Positions 17,617-27,748 of a DNA stretch of 64,000 bases are shown here, in pieces (positions within the stretch are counted from its first letter, which is position 1; each line of letters opens with the position of its first letter). The stretch spans positions 64,001 to 128,000 of the forward strand of contig JBBTCT010000001.1 in assembly GCA_038060895.1 (NCBI GenBank), given 5' to 3'. This DNA comes from Planctomycetota bacterium. Lineage in GTDB: Bacteria > Planctomycetota > MHYJ01 > WSZJ01. Position numbers and translations under genes: made by a program. The notes under the pieces are model-generated. The model ran no database searches and was not told the DNA's origin. It worked only from the letters and a program-made list of their open reading frames with translations.

Positions 17617-18471
17617 CTACTTCTTCATGTCCTTCGGCGCCATCCCGAACTCGTAGTGCTCGTTACCGGGGTAATAGATGCTGCCCTCGCGCCAGTAAGA
17701 GTCGCGAAACAGCGCGAGCTGCTCGGGCGTGAGTGAAGACGCAAGGGCCTCGTAGGTTTTCAGCCGCTCGGCGTGAACGGCCGCCGCGAGCTTGGAGGCA
17801 ACCTTGTCGGGGCCGAGGAGTTCCTCGAGCGAGGTCTCCCCGGTGTGAATCCCCATCGCCTTCTCGGGCGGCAGCTTGCTCAACTCCATCACTTCGCCCA
17901 TGACTTTCCCGAGCATGAGACGCATCACTTCGTTTCCAGGCTTTTCGTAGAGGCCCGCTTCGTCCGCGCTGAAGTACTGCGCATAAAAGGCCTGCAGCGA
18001 TTCAGTGAGCCGTTTCGCTTCATCCTTCGTCGCCAGGTTGACGGCCGTAATCTGCCCGGGCTCGAGTCCCAGTTCCTTTGCGGCCTCTTCCGAAATCTCC
18101 TCTCCGAGCGGCAGGACCTTGCCCAGCTTCTTCATGATTTCCATCATGCGGGCGTTCGCGGCGTTTTCCTTCTCCTTGTCGGGATCCTTGGCGGCCTTGT
18201 CAGGATCCTTCTTCTTGTTCCCGGCATCCTTTTTCGCCGCCAGAAGCGCAACCTCCAGGTCGCCGACCTTCTTCTCGAGGTCGTCCGCCCTTTGTTTTTC
18301 CTTCAGCAGGCCGGGATCCGCCGCCGGCGGCGCGCCCGCGACCGGCGCGGGAATCTCAGCGCGGGCAACGACCAACTGGGCGCGAAGCGCCCGGTTCTGC
18401 AGGAACAGGACCAGGGAGAAGGCTCCGAACGCGAGGGCGAGGACAGCCAGCACTGCGGCAACGCGGTTCAT
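17617..18471 (-). CDS. Hypothetical membrane-anchored coiled-coil protein
   Basis: MNRVAAVLAVLALAFGAFSLVLFLQN anchor; coiled coil; helical C-terminus. Confidence 0.7.
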   Translation of the reverse strand: MNRVAAVLAVLALAFGAFSLVLFLQNRALRAQLVVARAEIPAPVAGAPPAADPGLLKEKQRADDLEKKVGDLEVALLAAKKDAGNKKKDPDKAAKDPDKEKENAANARMMEIMKKLGKVLPLGEEISEEAAKELGLEPGQITAVNLATKDEAKRLTESLQAFYAQYFSADEAGLYEKPGNEVMRLMLGKVMGEVMELSKLPPEKAMGIHTGETSLEELLGPDKVASKLAAAVHAERLKTYEALASSLTPEQLALFRDSYWREGSIYYPGNEHYEFGMAPKDMKK

Positions 18472-18597
18472 CGTGTTCCCTTTGGATGGTCGAGTTCGCG
18501 AATCGTTCCCGGGAAGTATACGCGAGCCAGAGAACCGGTGATGGACCCAGCCCCCGCGTTGGACGTTGCAGCAGGAGTCGCTACACTGCGCTTCCCC

Positions 18598-19506
18598 ATG
18601 ACCGCCGACACTCCCGAAGACAAGGGCTCGGTGGCGGAGGCTCGCCCTTCGCCGCCGCCGGTTCCGCCTTCCCCGGCGCCTGGCAATCCTGCGCCCGAGG
18701 CCCCCGCCCCGCGATTCGACCTGGAAACGGCCCTCGCTGAAGTCGAACGCCTGTCGCTCGACGCAAAACAGCACGCCGCCACCAAATCGACCGCCGAGCG
18801 CCAGGCAGCCGACCTGTCGACGCTTCGAAAATTCCACGAGAAGGCCCACTCCGAGATCGAACGGCTCAAGAATGACAAGGCCATCCTCGCCGCAGAGAAG
18901 GAGAACATGCTCAAGCAGGTCGCCGAGGCGGTGACGGACCGCCGGCGGCGAGAGCAGGCGGAAGCGGACGCCGAGCGGATGAAGCACGAGACGCGGAGGT
19001 ACGAGGGGGAGAAGCTTTCGCTGGAAAAAAAAGTTGCGGAGTCGGACGCGCTCAGGGCCTCGCTTGAGAAGGCGACGGCCGAGGTCGAACGACTGAAACG
19101 GCGCGTGGGCGAGTTGGAAGCTGCGGGCCCCGGCGCCAAAGACGGGGCCGGCGAGCACTCCGGGGAGTTGTTTCCCCAGCCTCCGACGCCGCGCCTGCCG
19201 TTCAAGGCGGCGCTCCCTGAAACGCAGGTCATGCCTCCCTATCTGCCCGAAACGTCTCGCGCCCCTGACTTCGTCCCGGAACCGCCTCCCGCGGCGCCTC
19301 CACCGCCCGTGCGAAAAAGCAATCCGCCGGCCACGGCCAAGTCCGGCACGCACGCGAGCGGCGCTTCGGAAGTGCCGGGGCGGATCCGCTATAGCTGCGT
19401 CGGTTGCAGCCGGAAGCTGGGAGCGCCGGCGGACTTCGCGGGAACTTACGGGACTTGCAAGTTCTGCGGGCACCGGATGAAAGTGCCGCTGGCGTCAACG
19501 AGGTAG
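18598..19506 (+). CDS. Coiled-coil protein with C-terminal zinc ribbon
   Basis: Long Glu/Lys/Arg coiled coil, Pro-rich linker, then IRYSCVGCSRKL...GTCKFCGHRMKVP; TTGGAC-17-TACACT upstream. Confidence 0.7.
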   Translation: MTADTPEDKGSVAEARPSPPPVPPSPAPGNPAPEAPAPRFDLETALAEVERLSLDAKQHAATKSTAERQAADLSTLRKFHEKAHSEIERLKNDKAILAAEKENMLKQVAEAVTDRRRREQAEADAERMKHETRRYEGEKLSLEKKVAESDALRASLEKATAEVERLKRRVGELEAAGPGAKDGAGEHSGELFPQPPTPRLPFKAALPETQVMPPYLPETSRAPDFVPEPPPAAPPPPVRKSNPPATAKSGTHASGASEVPGRIRYSCVGCSRKLGAPADFAGTYGTCKFCGHRMKVPLASTR

Positions 19507-19552
19507 TCCGGGCCGTTCATTTCCGCCTCCTCCTTCGATTATGCTACGGCTC

Positions 19553-20269
19553 ATGGTCATCAGCGTCGCGTGCCCCGCATGCCGGAGGCCGCTTCAGTTC
19601 CCCGACAACGCCGCCGGTCGCGTCGCTGCGTGCCATTGCGGGCAGCAGATGATGCTGCCGTCTACTCCCGTGGCCCCGCCCGCCGGCCCGCCCGGGCGCA
19701 TGAGCAGCCAGGCGGCGCCGCGCCCGCGAAGCCCTGTCCCGGCCCCGCGAAGACCAGGCGGAGGCTCGGGAGCGGCGCCGATCGTGGTCGCGATCCTGCT
19801 GCTCCTGGGCGGCGTCGCGGGGTTCGTGTTCTTCAGGCGCGGAAAGGCGCTGGAATTTGCTAAGCAGAAGGAAAACGAGATCGCCGCGCGCGAGGCTGAA
19901 AAAGCGAGAGCCGACGCCGCCGAAAAGACCTACGTCCTGCTCCGCGTCTCGATCGAAGACTCGGTGCTGCCGGCGGAGAATCGCGGCGAGGGCCCCTCTC
20001 AGTACATCGGACTGCGCGTCGAGGTCGTGAACCACGGTTACGCGTCCGTCACGATCGACCCCGTCTTCTTCACGCTCACGGCCGACGGCGCGCGCTATGG
20101 CCGGGACTCCGGAGTCGCGGAGAAATTCGAAACGATGGACCTGAAGGACGGAGAGAAGATCTCGGTGCCTCTCGCGTTCGAGGTTCCCGACAGGCACAAG
20201 CCGTTCATCGTGGAATTCAAGCCGGCCCGGCCCGAGAAGTGCAACGTGAGGTACGGCGACGCGAGGTAG
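19553..20269 (+). CDS. Zinc-ribbon + TM + DUF4352-like Ig-fold protein
   Basis: N-terminal ISVACPACRR...ACHCGQ; TM IVVAILLLLGGVAGFVFF; then YIGLRVEVVNHG...FTLTADGARY...LAFEVP. Confidence 0.7.
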   Translation: MVISVACPACRRPLQFPDNAAGRVAACHCGQQMMLPSTPVAPPAGPPGRMSSQAAPRPRSPVPAPRRPGGGSGAAPIVVAILLLLGGVAGFVFFRRGKALEFAKQKENEIAAREAEKARADAAEKTYVLLRVSIEDSVLPAENRGEGPSQYIGLRVEVVNHGYASVTIDPVFFTLTADGARYGRDSGVAEKFETMDLKDGEKISVPLAFEVPDRHKPFIVEFKPARPEKCNVRYGDAR

Positions 20270-20275
20270 GCGCGA

Positions 20276-21076
20276 CTACTTCGAAATCCGCGACGCTTCT
20301 GAAGTCATTCGCTTCACACCGCCCGCCGAGTCCGGGTCGGGAATGAGCGCGGTCGAGCGCAGCTTCCGCGGAAGAGCGCGCGGCTTCTCTCCGGCCCCGA
20401 CCGGCATCGACGACTGCGGGAACGCCTTCGACGCTTCCAGGTCGAAATAAAAACCCAGGAAGGGGTCCGCCCTGTCCGGGTCGTAAACCTCGAGGTTCCA
20501 TTCGTAGAGGGCCGTGGCCATCGTCCTGTCCCAGAGCAGCGACAGCGGCGGACGCTGGTCGCCCGCATCGACCTTCGCCTGGTCGCCTTCGCGTACCCCG
20601 AGCGGGAGCCCGGCCTTGAGCCGCTCGTCCACCTCCCGGGTCGCGCGCTCGTCGCTGCCCACGCGCCAGACACGGCGCTTCAGGGCAAACAGCGGTTTCC
20701 CTGCCCGCTGCGCCGCGCGGCCCGGTTCCGCGTCCACAGCCTTTTCCGCTGCTTCGTCGCGCACGAGGTACCACTCGACCAGCTCCCGCTCCGGCCGCGC
20801 GCCGGACTCCGGTGGCATGAAGGCAAGCCACGCGGCAACGTCGAGCCGTCCGGAATTCTTCAGCCAGAGCCGCTGCCCGCCGCCCTCCGTCGCCACCGCT
20901 TCCTGCCAGTCCTCCGTGAAGCGCTTCATGGCCGCATCGACGTTGCGGGCCGCACGCTCGGAACTGTAGGCACGCTGTCCGTCTTCGCCGGGGGTAGTCG
21001 GAGGCTTTGAAGGTTCGGGATCCGGGTTTCCGGTGGTGCAGCCGGCGAGGAGCAGGACGAGGGGGAGGAGTCGCAT
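20276..21076 (-). CDS. Hypothetical lipoprotein
   Basis: MRLLPLVLLLAG-C lipobox. Confidence 0.7.
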   Translation of the reverse strand: MRLLPLVLLLAGCTTGNPDPEPSKPPTTPGEDGQRAYSSERAARNVDAAMKRFTEDWQEAVATEGGGQRLWLKNSGRLDVAAWLAFMPPESGARPERELVEWYLVRDEAAEKAVDAEPGRAAQRAGKPLFALKRRVWRVGSDERATREVDERLKAGLPLGVREGDQAKVDAGDQRPPLSLLWDRTMATALYEWNLEVYDPDRADPFLGFYFDLEASKAFPQSSMPVGAGEKPRALPRKLRSTALIPDPDSAGGVKRMTSEASRISK

Positions 21077-21132
21077 GGGTGGAAGAGGATAGCGCGGGGA
21101 CGGGCCAAATTGAACCGGGGAAGTTCGAAGCG

Positions 21133-22899
21133 TCAGCCGCTGCCCCGGATTTCCCTCAGGAACACGTCCCCGTACTCCTCCAGTTTCCGCTGCCCCACGC
21201 CGTGCACTTCGAGAAATTCCTCGCGGCTCTGCGGCCGGCGCGCGGCCATGTCGAGAAGTGCCTTGTCGCTGAAGACGACGAATGCGGGGACTCTCTTTTC
21301 ATCCGCGAGTTTTTTGCGAAGTGCGCGCAGGCGCTCGAACAGCCCGGGGTCGGGCATCGCGTCGGTGGGCTCGGGCGCCGGGCGCTCAGGCTCATACGGC
21401 TCGGGGTCGAATTCGGCGCGGCGCTTCCGAACTTTTTGTTTCGGCGGCTCGTACGTCCCGTGCGCCGCCGCCTCCGCTGCTCCCACGATGTCCCGTTTCA
21501 GGCAGCTCCCGCACGACGTTTCGCACACCGGGATCACCTCCGCGAAGTACGCCGCCAGACGCTTCCAGAGGCAGGAACGGCCGTCGGCGAGGTCCATCAT
21601 GCGGCGGACGGCGAGGCGCTGCTGCTCGGCGACCTCGGGATCCTGGACGTCGGAATTTTCGAGGAGCCGGTCGAGGGAAAGAACGTCCGCCCACGAATAG
21701 AACAGGACGCAGTCGGCGGGGGCGCCGTCGCGCCCCGCACGGCCGATTTCCTGGTAGTACCCCTCGATCGAGCGCGGCATGTCGCGGTGCAGGACGAAGC
21801 GGACGTTCGACTTGTCGATCCCCATCCCGAACGCGATCGTCGCGCAGACGACGTCGAGGTCGTCCCGGCTGAATTTCTCCTGCGTCTTCGCGCGCTTTTC
21901 CGGCGTCAGCCCCGCGTGGTAGGGCGCGGCGCGGACGCCTTTCGATTCCAGAAACTCCGCGGTCGATTCGGCCGCCTTTCGCGAGAGGCAGTACACGATC
22001 CCGGACTCGCCGCGCCGCGATCGGATCAATTTCAGGATCATGTCGCGGACGCCGTCGCCCCCGCCCTTCTTGACGGCATACAGGTGCAGGTTCGGACGGA
22101 AGAACGAGCCGCGGATTTCGAGGGGGTCCTGAAGCGCGAGCTGCTCGATGATGTCGTTCTTCACGCGCGGGGTCGCCGTGGCGGTGAGAGCGAGCACGGG
22201 GATTCCCTTGAAGCGCTTCTTCAGTCCGGCCAGATTCCGGTACGACGGCCGGAAATCGTGCCCCCACTCGCTGATGCAGTGCGCCTCGTCCACGGCGACG
22301 AGCTTGAGGTCGAGTGAATCCAGAAGGCGCCCGACCGAAGCGTCGATCCCTTCTGGCGCGGCGTACAGCATCTCGAACTCCCCTGCGCGGAGCTGCGCCG
22401 TGCGCCGGGAGCGTTCGGCGGGGTCGAGCGAAGAATTCAGGAACGTCGCGCGGATTCCGACTTCGCCCATCGCGTCCACCTGGTCTTTCATGAGCGAAAT
22501 CAGCGGCGACACCACCAGCGACACGCCGCCCAGGAGGCGCGCGGGGATCTGGTACGTCACCGATTTTCCGGCCCCGGTCGGCATGACCCCGAGGCAGTCG
22601 CGCCCGGAGAGCGCAGCCCGGATGATCTCCAGCTGGCCCGGGCGAAACGTCGGATAGCCGAAGATTTCCTTCAGCGCCCCGAGCGCCCCGTCGTCTCCTG
22701 GTTCCTCCCGCTCTTTCTTCGCGCGATCGCCTGCTTCGCGCAGCAGCGAAAGAGCCTCCGCGGAGAACAGGAGGGGCGCTTCGCGATACAAAGACCGGAG
22801 CGACGCGAGGCGCTCGGAGACCCGCGTCGCCCCGCCGGTGGAGAGTGCGCGGGCTTCGGCGAGAACTTCGGCGACCGATCGGGGCGGGGCTTCCGGCAT
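21133..22899 (-). CDS. recQ: ATP-dependent DNA helicase RecQ
   Basis: [69 protein letters not shown], Zn-binding Cys cluster, C-terminal HRDC. Confidence 0.9.
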   Translation of the reverse strand: MPEAPPRSVAEVLAEARALSTGGATRVSERLASLRSLYREAPLLFSAEALSLLREAGDRAKKEREEPGDDGALGALKEIFGYPTFRPGQLEIIRAALSGRDCLGVMPTGAGKSVTYQIPARLLGGVSLVVSPLISLMKDQVDAMGEVGIRATFLNSSLDPAERSRRTAQLRAGEFEMLYAAPEGIDASVGRLLDSLDLKLVAVDEAHCISEWGHDFRPSYRNLAGLKKRFKGIPVLALTATATPRVKNDIIEQLALQDPLEIRGSFFRPNLHLYAVKKGGGDGVRDMILKLIRSRRGESGIVYCLSRKAAESTAEFLESKGVRAAPYHAGLTPEKRAKTQEKFSRDDLDVVCATIAFGMGIDKSNVRFVLHRDMPRSIEGYYQEIGRAGRDGAPADCVLFYSWADVLSLDRLLENSDVQDPEVAEQQRLAVRRMMDLADGRSCLWKRLAAYFAEVIPVCETSCGSCLKRDIVGAAEAAAHGTYEPPKQKVRKRRAEFDPEPYEPERPAPEPTDAMPDPGLFERLRALRKKLADEKRVPAFVVFSDKALLDMAARRPQSREEFLEVHGVGQRKLEEYGDVFLREIRGSG

Positions 22900-22964
22900 C
22901 CCGGGTATCTTGGCGGGCTCTCGCCGCGAACGCAAGTCACCCGCCCCGATGCTATTGTGCGCGC

Positions 22965-24770
22965 ATGAACAGCCGCCTCTCCTTCACGATCCTGATGCTG
23001 GCCGCTTCCATCGCCCACGCCGACCCCTGGTTCACCAACGCCGCGAAAGCCGCGGGACTGGACGGCGTGGCTTCAAAAGACTGCGTCCTCACCGATCTCG
23101 ACGGCGACGGCTGGTGGGACCTGTGCGTCGACCGGGAGCGGCTCTTCCTCAATCGAAAGGGCAGATTCGAAGAGCTGAAGGACAGCGGGATCGAGTTCCC
23201 CGAAGTCAACGTTGTCCCCCTGAAGGACGGCGCGGCGGACAAGGCCAACGCGAAGAAGCAGAAGTTCGTGCCGGCCTACCTGTACTTTGCGGACGTAAAC
23301 AACGACGGCGCGACCGACGCGATCTGGGGCGTGCACTCGAACTGGGAGTCGTTCGAGGAGGCGAGCCGCGAGTGGGTCACGGTGAAGGAATGCGACCACG
23401 GGTTGCGAAGTCGCGTGTACCTCAATGACGGGAAGGGGCATTTCGCGCTCGCCGGCGCGTCCGGGTTCTCCGGGCCGGAGTCGTACGGCCCGGCGTCATC
23501 GCTCGCGATCTGCGACATCGATCGCGATGGAAACCTCGATCTCTTCGAAGGACGCGAATATCGCCAGTACGGCGTGCTGTACGGCTGCGGGCCGGACCGG
23601 CTCTGGAAGGGCGACGGCCGGGCCGGTTTCGAAGACATCACGAATAAAGCGGGGATGTGGCTCGAAGCGGCGCCCGGGACGGAGAAGAGCGCGCGGCCGA
23701 GTTACGGCGTGACGCACGCGGACTGGAACAACGACGGCGCGATGGACCTGATGGAGCTGGCTTATGGGCGGCAATGGAACGTGCTCTGGAAGAACCTCGG
23801 CGACGGGACGTTTGAAGACGTCGGGATCGCGACGCGCTTCGCAGGCGACGACATCACCCACGGCAAGTACCCGCCACAGGCGAAACGCCCGCCCGAGCAG
23901 CCATTCCGCTCCAACGGCAACACCTTCGACTGCGCCGTCGGCGATTACGACAACGACGGCGACCTGGATTGCTTCCTCGGCGAAATCGCACACGCATGGG
24001 CCGGCGAAGCGAGCGATCCGCCGAGCCTGCTGATCAACGAAGGAGCGAAGGGCGACTGGGCGTTCAGGCGGGTGCCGGTCTGGGACGCGCTTCCGAAGCG
24101 CGAATTCCGCGACAAGCAGAACTACCAGTACGCGGACCTGCACGTCGCCTGGGGTGACGTCGACAACGACGGGTGGCTCGACCTCCTGCTCGGGGGAAGC
24201 GACTACCCCGACGGGCAGTTTCTGCGGCTGTACCGCAACCTGGGCGACGGCAGGTTCGAGGAAGTCACCGAGAGGGCCGGCTTCAATTGGGAAGGGTGCG
24301 GCGACCTGTCGCTGGGCGACGTGGACCGCGACGGCGACCTCGACATCGTCGCGGGCCGCTCCTTCATGCGACTCAGCCAGGAGCACCGCGACAAGTTCAT
24401 GGGCGGGCTGAAGACGAACGACATCGGCCTGTTTCTCAACGCAGAGGCCGGGCGCAACGGGAACCACTGGCTCAACGTCCGCCTCGTCGGCAAGACCGCC
24501 AACCGGGCCGGAATCGGTGCGCGCGTCACGGTCGTCGCCGGAGGCGTCACCATGACGCGCGAGATCCGGTGCGGCAGCGGCCTCGGGAACCACGAGGACC
24601 CGCCCGAGGCGCATTTTGGTTTGGGCGAGGCAGCGAAAGTTGATTCGCTCACGGTGCGCTGGCCCGACGGGAAGCTCAGCGTTCAGAAATTCGAAGGGAT
24701 ACCGGCGGATCGATTCGTGACCGTACGGCAGGGCGAGGAGAAGCCGGATCTGCAGGAGCGCCGGAAGTAG
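22965..24770 (+). CDS. Secreted CRTAC1-family FG-GAP/VCBS repeat protein with ASPIC/UnbV domain
   Basis: Signal peptide; many DxDxDGxxD repeats; C-terminal [10 protein letters not shown]...[11 protein letters not shown]...AHFGLG...VRWPDG. Confidence 0.88.
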   Translation: MNSRLSFTILMLAASIAHADPWFTNAAKAAGLDGVASKDCVLTDLDGDGWWDLCVDRERLFLNRKGRFEELKDSGIEFPEVNVVPLKDGAADKANAKKQKFVPAYLYFADVNNDGATDAIWGVHSNWESFEEASREWVTVKECDHGLRSRVYLNDGKGHFALAGASGFSGPESYGPASSLAICDIDRDGNLDLFEGREYRQYGVLYGCGPDRLWKGDGRAGFEDITNKAGMWLEAAPGTEKSARPSYGVTHADWNNDGAMDLMELAYGRQWNVLWKNLGDGTFEDVGIATRFAGDDITHGKYPPQAKRPPEQPFRSNGNTFDCAVGDYDNDGDLDCFLGEIAHAWAGEASDPPSLLINEGAKGDWAFRRVPVWDALPKREFRDKQNYQYADLHVAWGDVDNDGWLDLLLGGSDYPDGQFLRLYRNLGDGRFEEVTERAGFNWEGCGDLSLGDVDRDGDLDIVAGRSFMRLSQEHRDKFMGGLKTNDIGLFLNAEAGRNGNHWLNVRLVGKTANRAGIGARVTVVAGGVTMTREIRCGSGLGNHEDPPEAHFGLGEAAKVDSLTVRWPDGKLSVQKFEGIPADRFVTVRQGEEKPDLQERRK

Positions 24771-24815
24771 ATGGACTGAGAAGTCCGTCACCACTTCGAA
24801 CCTGCACTCCACCCA

Positions 24816-26090
24816 TTACTTCCCGCCCGGCAATTTGATCCGCTTCACCATCTTCGGCGTGTCGTTCGCCTTGATCTTCACGTCGGCCGTGTTCACGAAC
24901 CAGTTGTTCTTTGCCTTGCCGGCGGCCTCGATGCCGCCCAACGCAAGAATCGTGCAGTCCTCGAGCGTCGTTCCGATCTTCACGTGGCCACCGGCGTGCA
25001 CCACGCAGGCCATCGCGTCTTTCGCGATCGTCACCGCGCCCTTCGCGAGAATCACCGACTTCGAGATCTTGTTCGCCTTGAAGTCTCCCGAGCAGATGAC
25101 CACGCTCTCGTCGATCACGTCGAATTCCGCGCTGTCGCAGAGAACCATCGAACCTGCCTCGACCTTCTTCCCCTTCGCCGCGGCCACCAGCGAGATCTGT
25201 CCCTTCAGCCCGCCCTTGATCGCCGTCACGGTCGGGACCGCATCCTTCAGCGCCATGGCGAGCGCGCCTTCGGCCGCCTTGGCGCCACCGGGCGACATCT
25301 CGACGCCGTACATCCCGAAATACTGCTTCACCGCGCTGCGCAGCTTCGGCCGGTGCTCCGTGTCCTTCCCGGCATCGGCCAGCCACGACGCCGCTTCCAC
25401 CCACACGGAATCCGCGGTCGCCGGCACCAGCGCCGCCGCCCACTCGTAGAGCTTCGACATCTCCTTCACCGGCCAGCCGTCCTTGTTCGAAGGGTCGTCC
25501 GTCATGATCAGCCTGGCTTCGTAACCAAGGGAAATGAACTTGTCGCGCAGCGCCTCCGCCTGGAACGGCGGCGAGTAGGAGCACCCTTTGTCGTTCAGGA
25601 TCAGCACGGGGACGCTGTTCCCGGCCGCCTTCGGCTCCTGGTTCGAAGTGGACGGCTGCAGGATGACGAACCCGCTCAGCAGGTCCGGGTTTTCCGCGAC
25701 GAATTTGAACCCCTTGATCGCCCCTTCGCTGTACGCCACGCAATAGACGCGGCTGGTGTCATACCCGTATTCGGCCGTCACTTTTTCGAGAAGCGACGGC
25801 ACATCCGCGGCGCCCATGCTTCCGTCCAGGCACAGCGCCATCTGCGGCGTCGGGCCTTTCGAGCTCTGCCAGAGGTGTCCGTAGTCTTTCGCCTGGTGCG
25901 GCCCGGGCGGAAAGGTGATGTAGAGCGCGTACTTGCCCGCCTCCGCTTTTTTGAACCCGGAGGGCACCACGAGCTGGTACCTGCGTCCCTTGTGGTCGCC
26001 GTCGACGAGGCCGATTTTCACGTCCTGGGCTGAAGCGGGGATTGCGAGGATCGCCAGAAAGAAGATGCTGAGCGGCCGTGGGATTCGCAT
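24816..26090 (-). CDS. Secreted alpha/beta-hydrolase-like protein with C-terminal beta-repeat domain
   Basis: Signal peptide; YQLVVPSGF...YALYITF; DTSRVYCVAYSEGA nucleophile-elbow-like motif; C-terminal repeats SVVICSG, SVILAKG, CVVHAGG, CTILALG. Confidence 0.6.
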   Translation of the reverse strand: MRIPRPLSIFFLAILAIPASAQDVKIGLVDGDHKGRRYQLVVPSGFKKAEAGKYALYITFPPGPHQAKDYGHLWQSSKGPTPQMALCLDGSMGAADVPSLLEKVTAEYGYDTSRVYCVAYSEGAIKGFKFVAENPDLLSGFVILQPSTSNQEPKAAGNSVPVLILNDKGCSYSPPFQAEALRDKFISLGYEARLIMTDDPSNKDGWPVKEMSKLYEWAAALVPATADSVWVEAASWLADAGKDTEHRPKLRSAVKQYFGMYGVEMSPGGAKAAEGALAMALKDAVPTVTAIKGGLKGQISLVAAAKGKKVEAGSMVLCDSAEFDVIDESVVICSGDFKANKISKSVILAKGAVTIAKDAMACVVHAGGHVKIGTTLEDCTILALGGIEAAGKAKNNWFVNTADVKIKANDTPKMVKRIKLPGGK

Positions 26091-26305
26091 GATCGTCTCC
26101 GTGGGCGTTTCGGTAGAATGACGCGTTCGAACGGGCGGGAATAAAGGGTAGCATCCCGGCGTCAGGCTGTCGGGGGGACATTCAATCTCCCCCGAATTTG
26201 TAAAACGTCCCGCTTTGCACGCACCTTCTGAACAAGCAAAGTGTTCATAATAGTCCGGAACGAAACGCCTCCGGCGGCGTCCTATGCGCCAGAGGGACAA
26301 ACTTC

Positions 26306-27664
26306 ATGACTGGGGGTTCTGCCGTGAAATCCTGGATCGCTGCTGCGTTCGTCGCCGCACTGTCCGTCGCCGCTTCCGCCGACGCCGTTCTCATGAAGAC
26401 GGGCGAGCGGTACATCGGGGATGTCACCGAGGAAGGAGACTCTCTGCGCGTGAAGAACACCGCGTTCCCCGACGGCGTCGTCGTCAAGAAGGCGGATGTG
26501 AAAGTGGTTTACCCGAAGCCGGAAGTGATGCTTGAAAAGCTGGAAGCGTCGCTGGCGGCCGCGATGGCGAAGTACGAGGAGGGCAAAAAGGCGTCCGACC
26601 CGAATCCCTTCATGAAGTCCGCCATGGAACTCCTGTTCGATCCCGAGCTTGAGGCGCAGGAAGCGTCGGAGGTCTACCCCGCGGAGAAGAAGAAATTCGA
26701 CGGGCTGACGACGCGGATTCACGAGCTGCGGAAGATGTGCCGGGACGGCCAGCGGATGGATGGGCCGCCCCCGGTGGAGAAGAAGCCGGACCCGCCCCCG
26801 ACCAAGAAGCCCGATCCCGCGAAGAAACCGGACCCCGCGAAGCCACCGGATCCTCCGAAGAAGCCGGATCCGGTGAAGCCTGAGCCGAAGCCGCAGGGAC
26901 CTCCCGGCGATCCCGCGACGATCCTGGAAACGATCCGCTCCGGCGGCGCGGTGGAACTTTCAGGGACGCTCTCGGGGCTGGACATCCCGAAGGAAGAACG
27001 CCTCGCGACGCCGATGATGGAACGGCTGAAGACAGAGGCGGACCCGCAGGCGAAGGCAGCGCTGAAGGATGCGCTCGGCAAGTATCCCGGTTACATCGTC
27101 GTGCGCAGCGCCGACAATGTGCTGAAGTCCAAGGGCGTGACGGACGCGTTCCGTCGCGACTGCGTCGACATCCTTTCGACCAAGAAGGAAGACAAGGCGA
27201 TCTCCATGATCTCCGATTTCGCATTCGCCGCGGAGATGCGCGAAATGCGCGAATACGCCCGCGGCCCGCTCGCCGCCTACGGCAACGCATGCCTGAAGCC
27301 CACGAGCCGCTACATTCACGCCTCGGACGCACGCACCCGCACGGACGCGGTCGATTTCATCGCTTCGATCGATACTCCCGAAGCCTACGGCGCGCTTACC
27401 TGCTGCCTGCTCATCGGGACGTCGAAAGAACTCCTCGCGGCCGGCGGGTTCGACGTCCCGCTCCGCGACCACGCCTGCGAGCTGATGGTCAAGGGTGGCG
27501 ACAAGGCCTGCCCGGCGCTCATCGGCGCGCTCTCCAACGGGAACCTCCGCAAGTGGGCCTGCTTCTGCCTCCTCAAGATCAGCGGCGAGGGCTACGCGGA
27601 GAGCGACCTGAAGAGCTGGACGGCGTGGTGGAAGAAACGGGCGTCGGAGAGCAGCGGGAAGTAA
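26306..27664 (+). CDS. Secreted HEAT-repeat protein with Pro/Lys-rich linker (start may be GTG at 26324)
   Basis: Signal peptide; DAVLMKTGERYIGDV N-terminal domain; (KKPDP)n linker; HEAT-like helices; C-terminal WTAWW. Confidence 0.75.
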   Translation: MTGGSAVKSWIAAAFVAALSVAASADAVLMKTGERYIGDVTEEGDSLRVKNTAFPDGVVVKKADVKVVYPKPEVMLEKLEASLAAAMAKYEEGKKASDPNPFMKSAMELLFDPELEAQEASEVYPAEKKKFDGLTTRIHELRKMCRDGQRMDGPPPVEKKPDPPPTKKPDPAKKPDPAKPPDPPKKPDPVKPEPKPQGPPGDPATILETIRSGGAVELSGTLSGLDIPKEERLATPMMERLKTEADPQAKAALKDALGKYPGYIVVRSADNVLKSKGVTDAFRRDCVDILSTKKEDKAISMISDFAFAAEMREMREYARGPLAAYGNACLKPTSRYIHASDARTRTDAVDFIASIDTPEAYGALTCCLLIGTSKELLAAGGFDVPLRDHACELMVKGGDKACPALIGALSNGNLRKWACFCLLKISGEGYAESDLKSWTAWWKKRASESSGK

Positions 27665-27748
27665 GGACAACGACAACCCCAAATCCCAACCCCAACTTCA
27701 AAACGGCCGATTTGGGGTTGGAGTTGGGGTTGGGACTTGGAGTTGCCC
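27665..27748. repeat. Mirror-arranged hexamer repeats (CCAACC ... GGTTGG) between convergent genes
   Basis: caaccccaaatcccaaccccaacttcaaa-acggccga-tttggggttggagttggggttgggacttggagttg. Confidence 0.75.
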
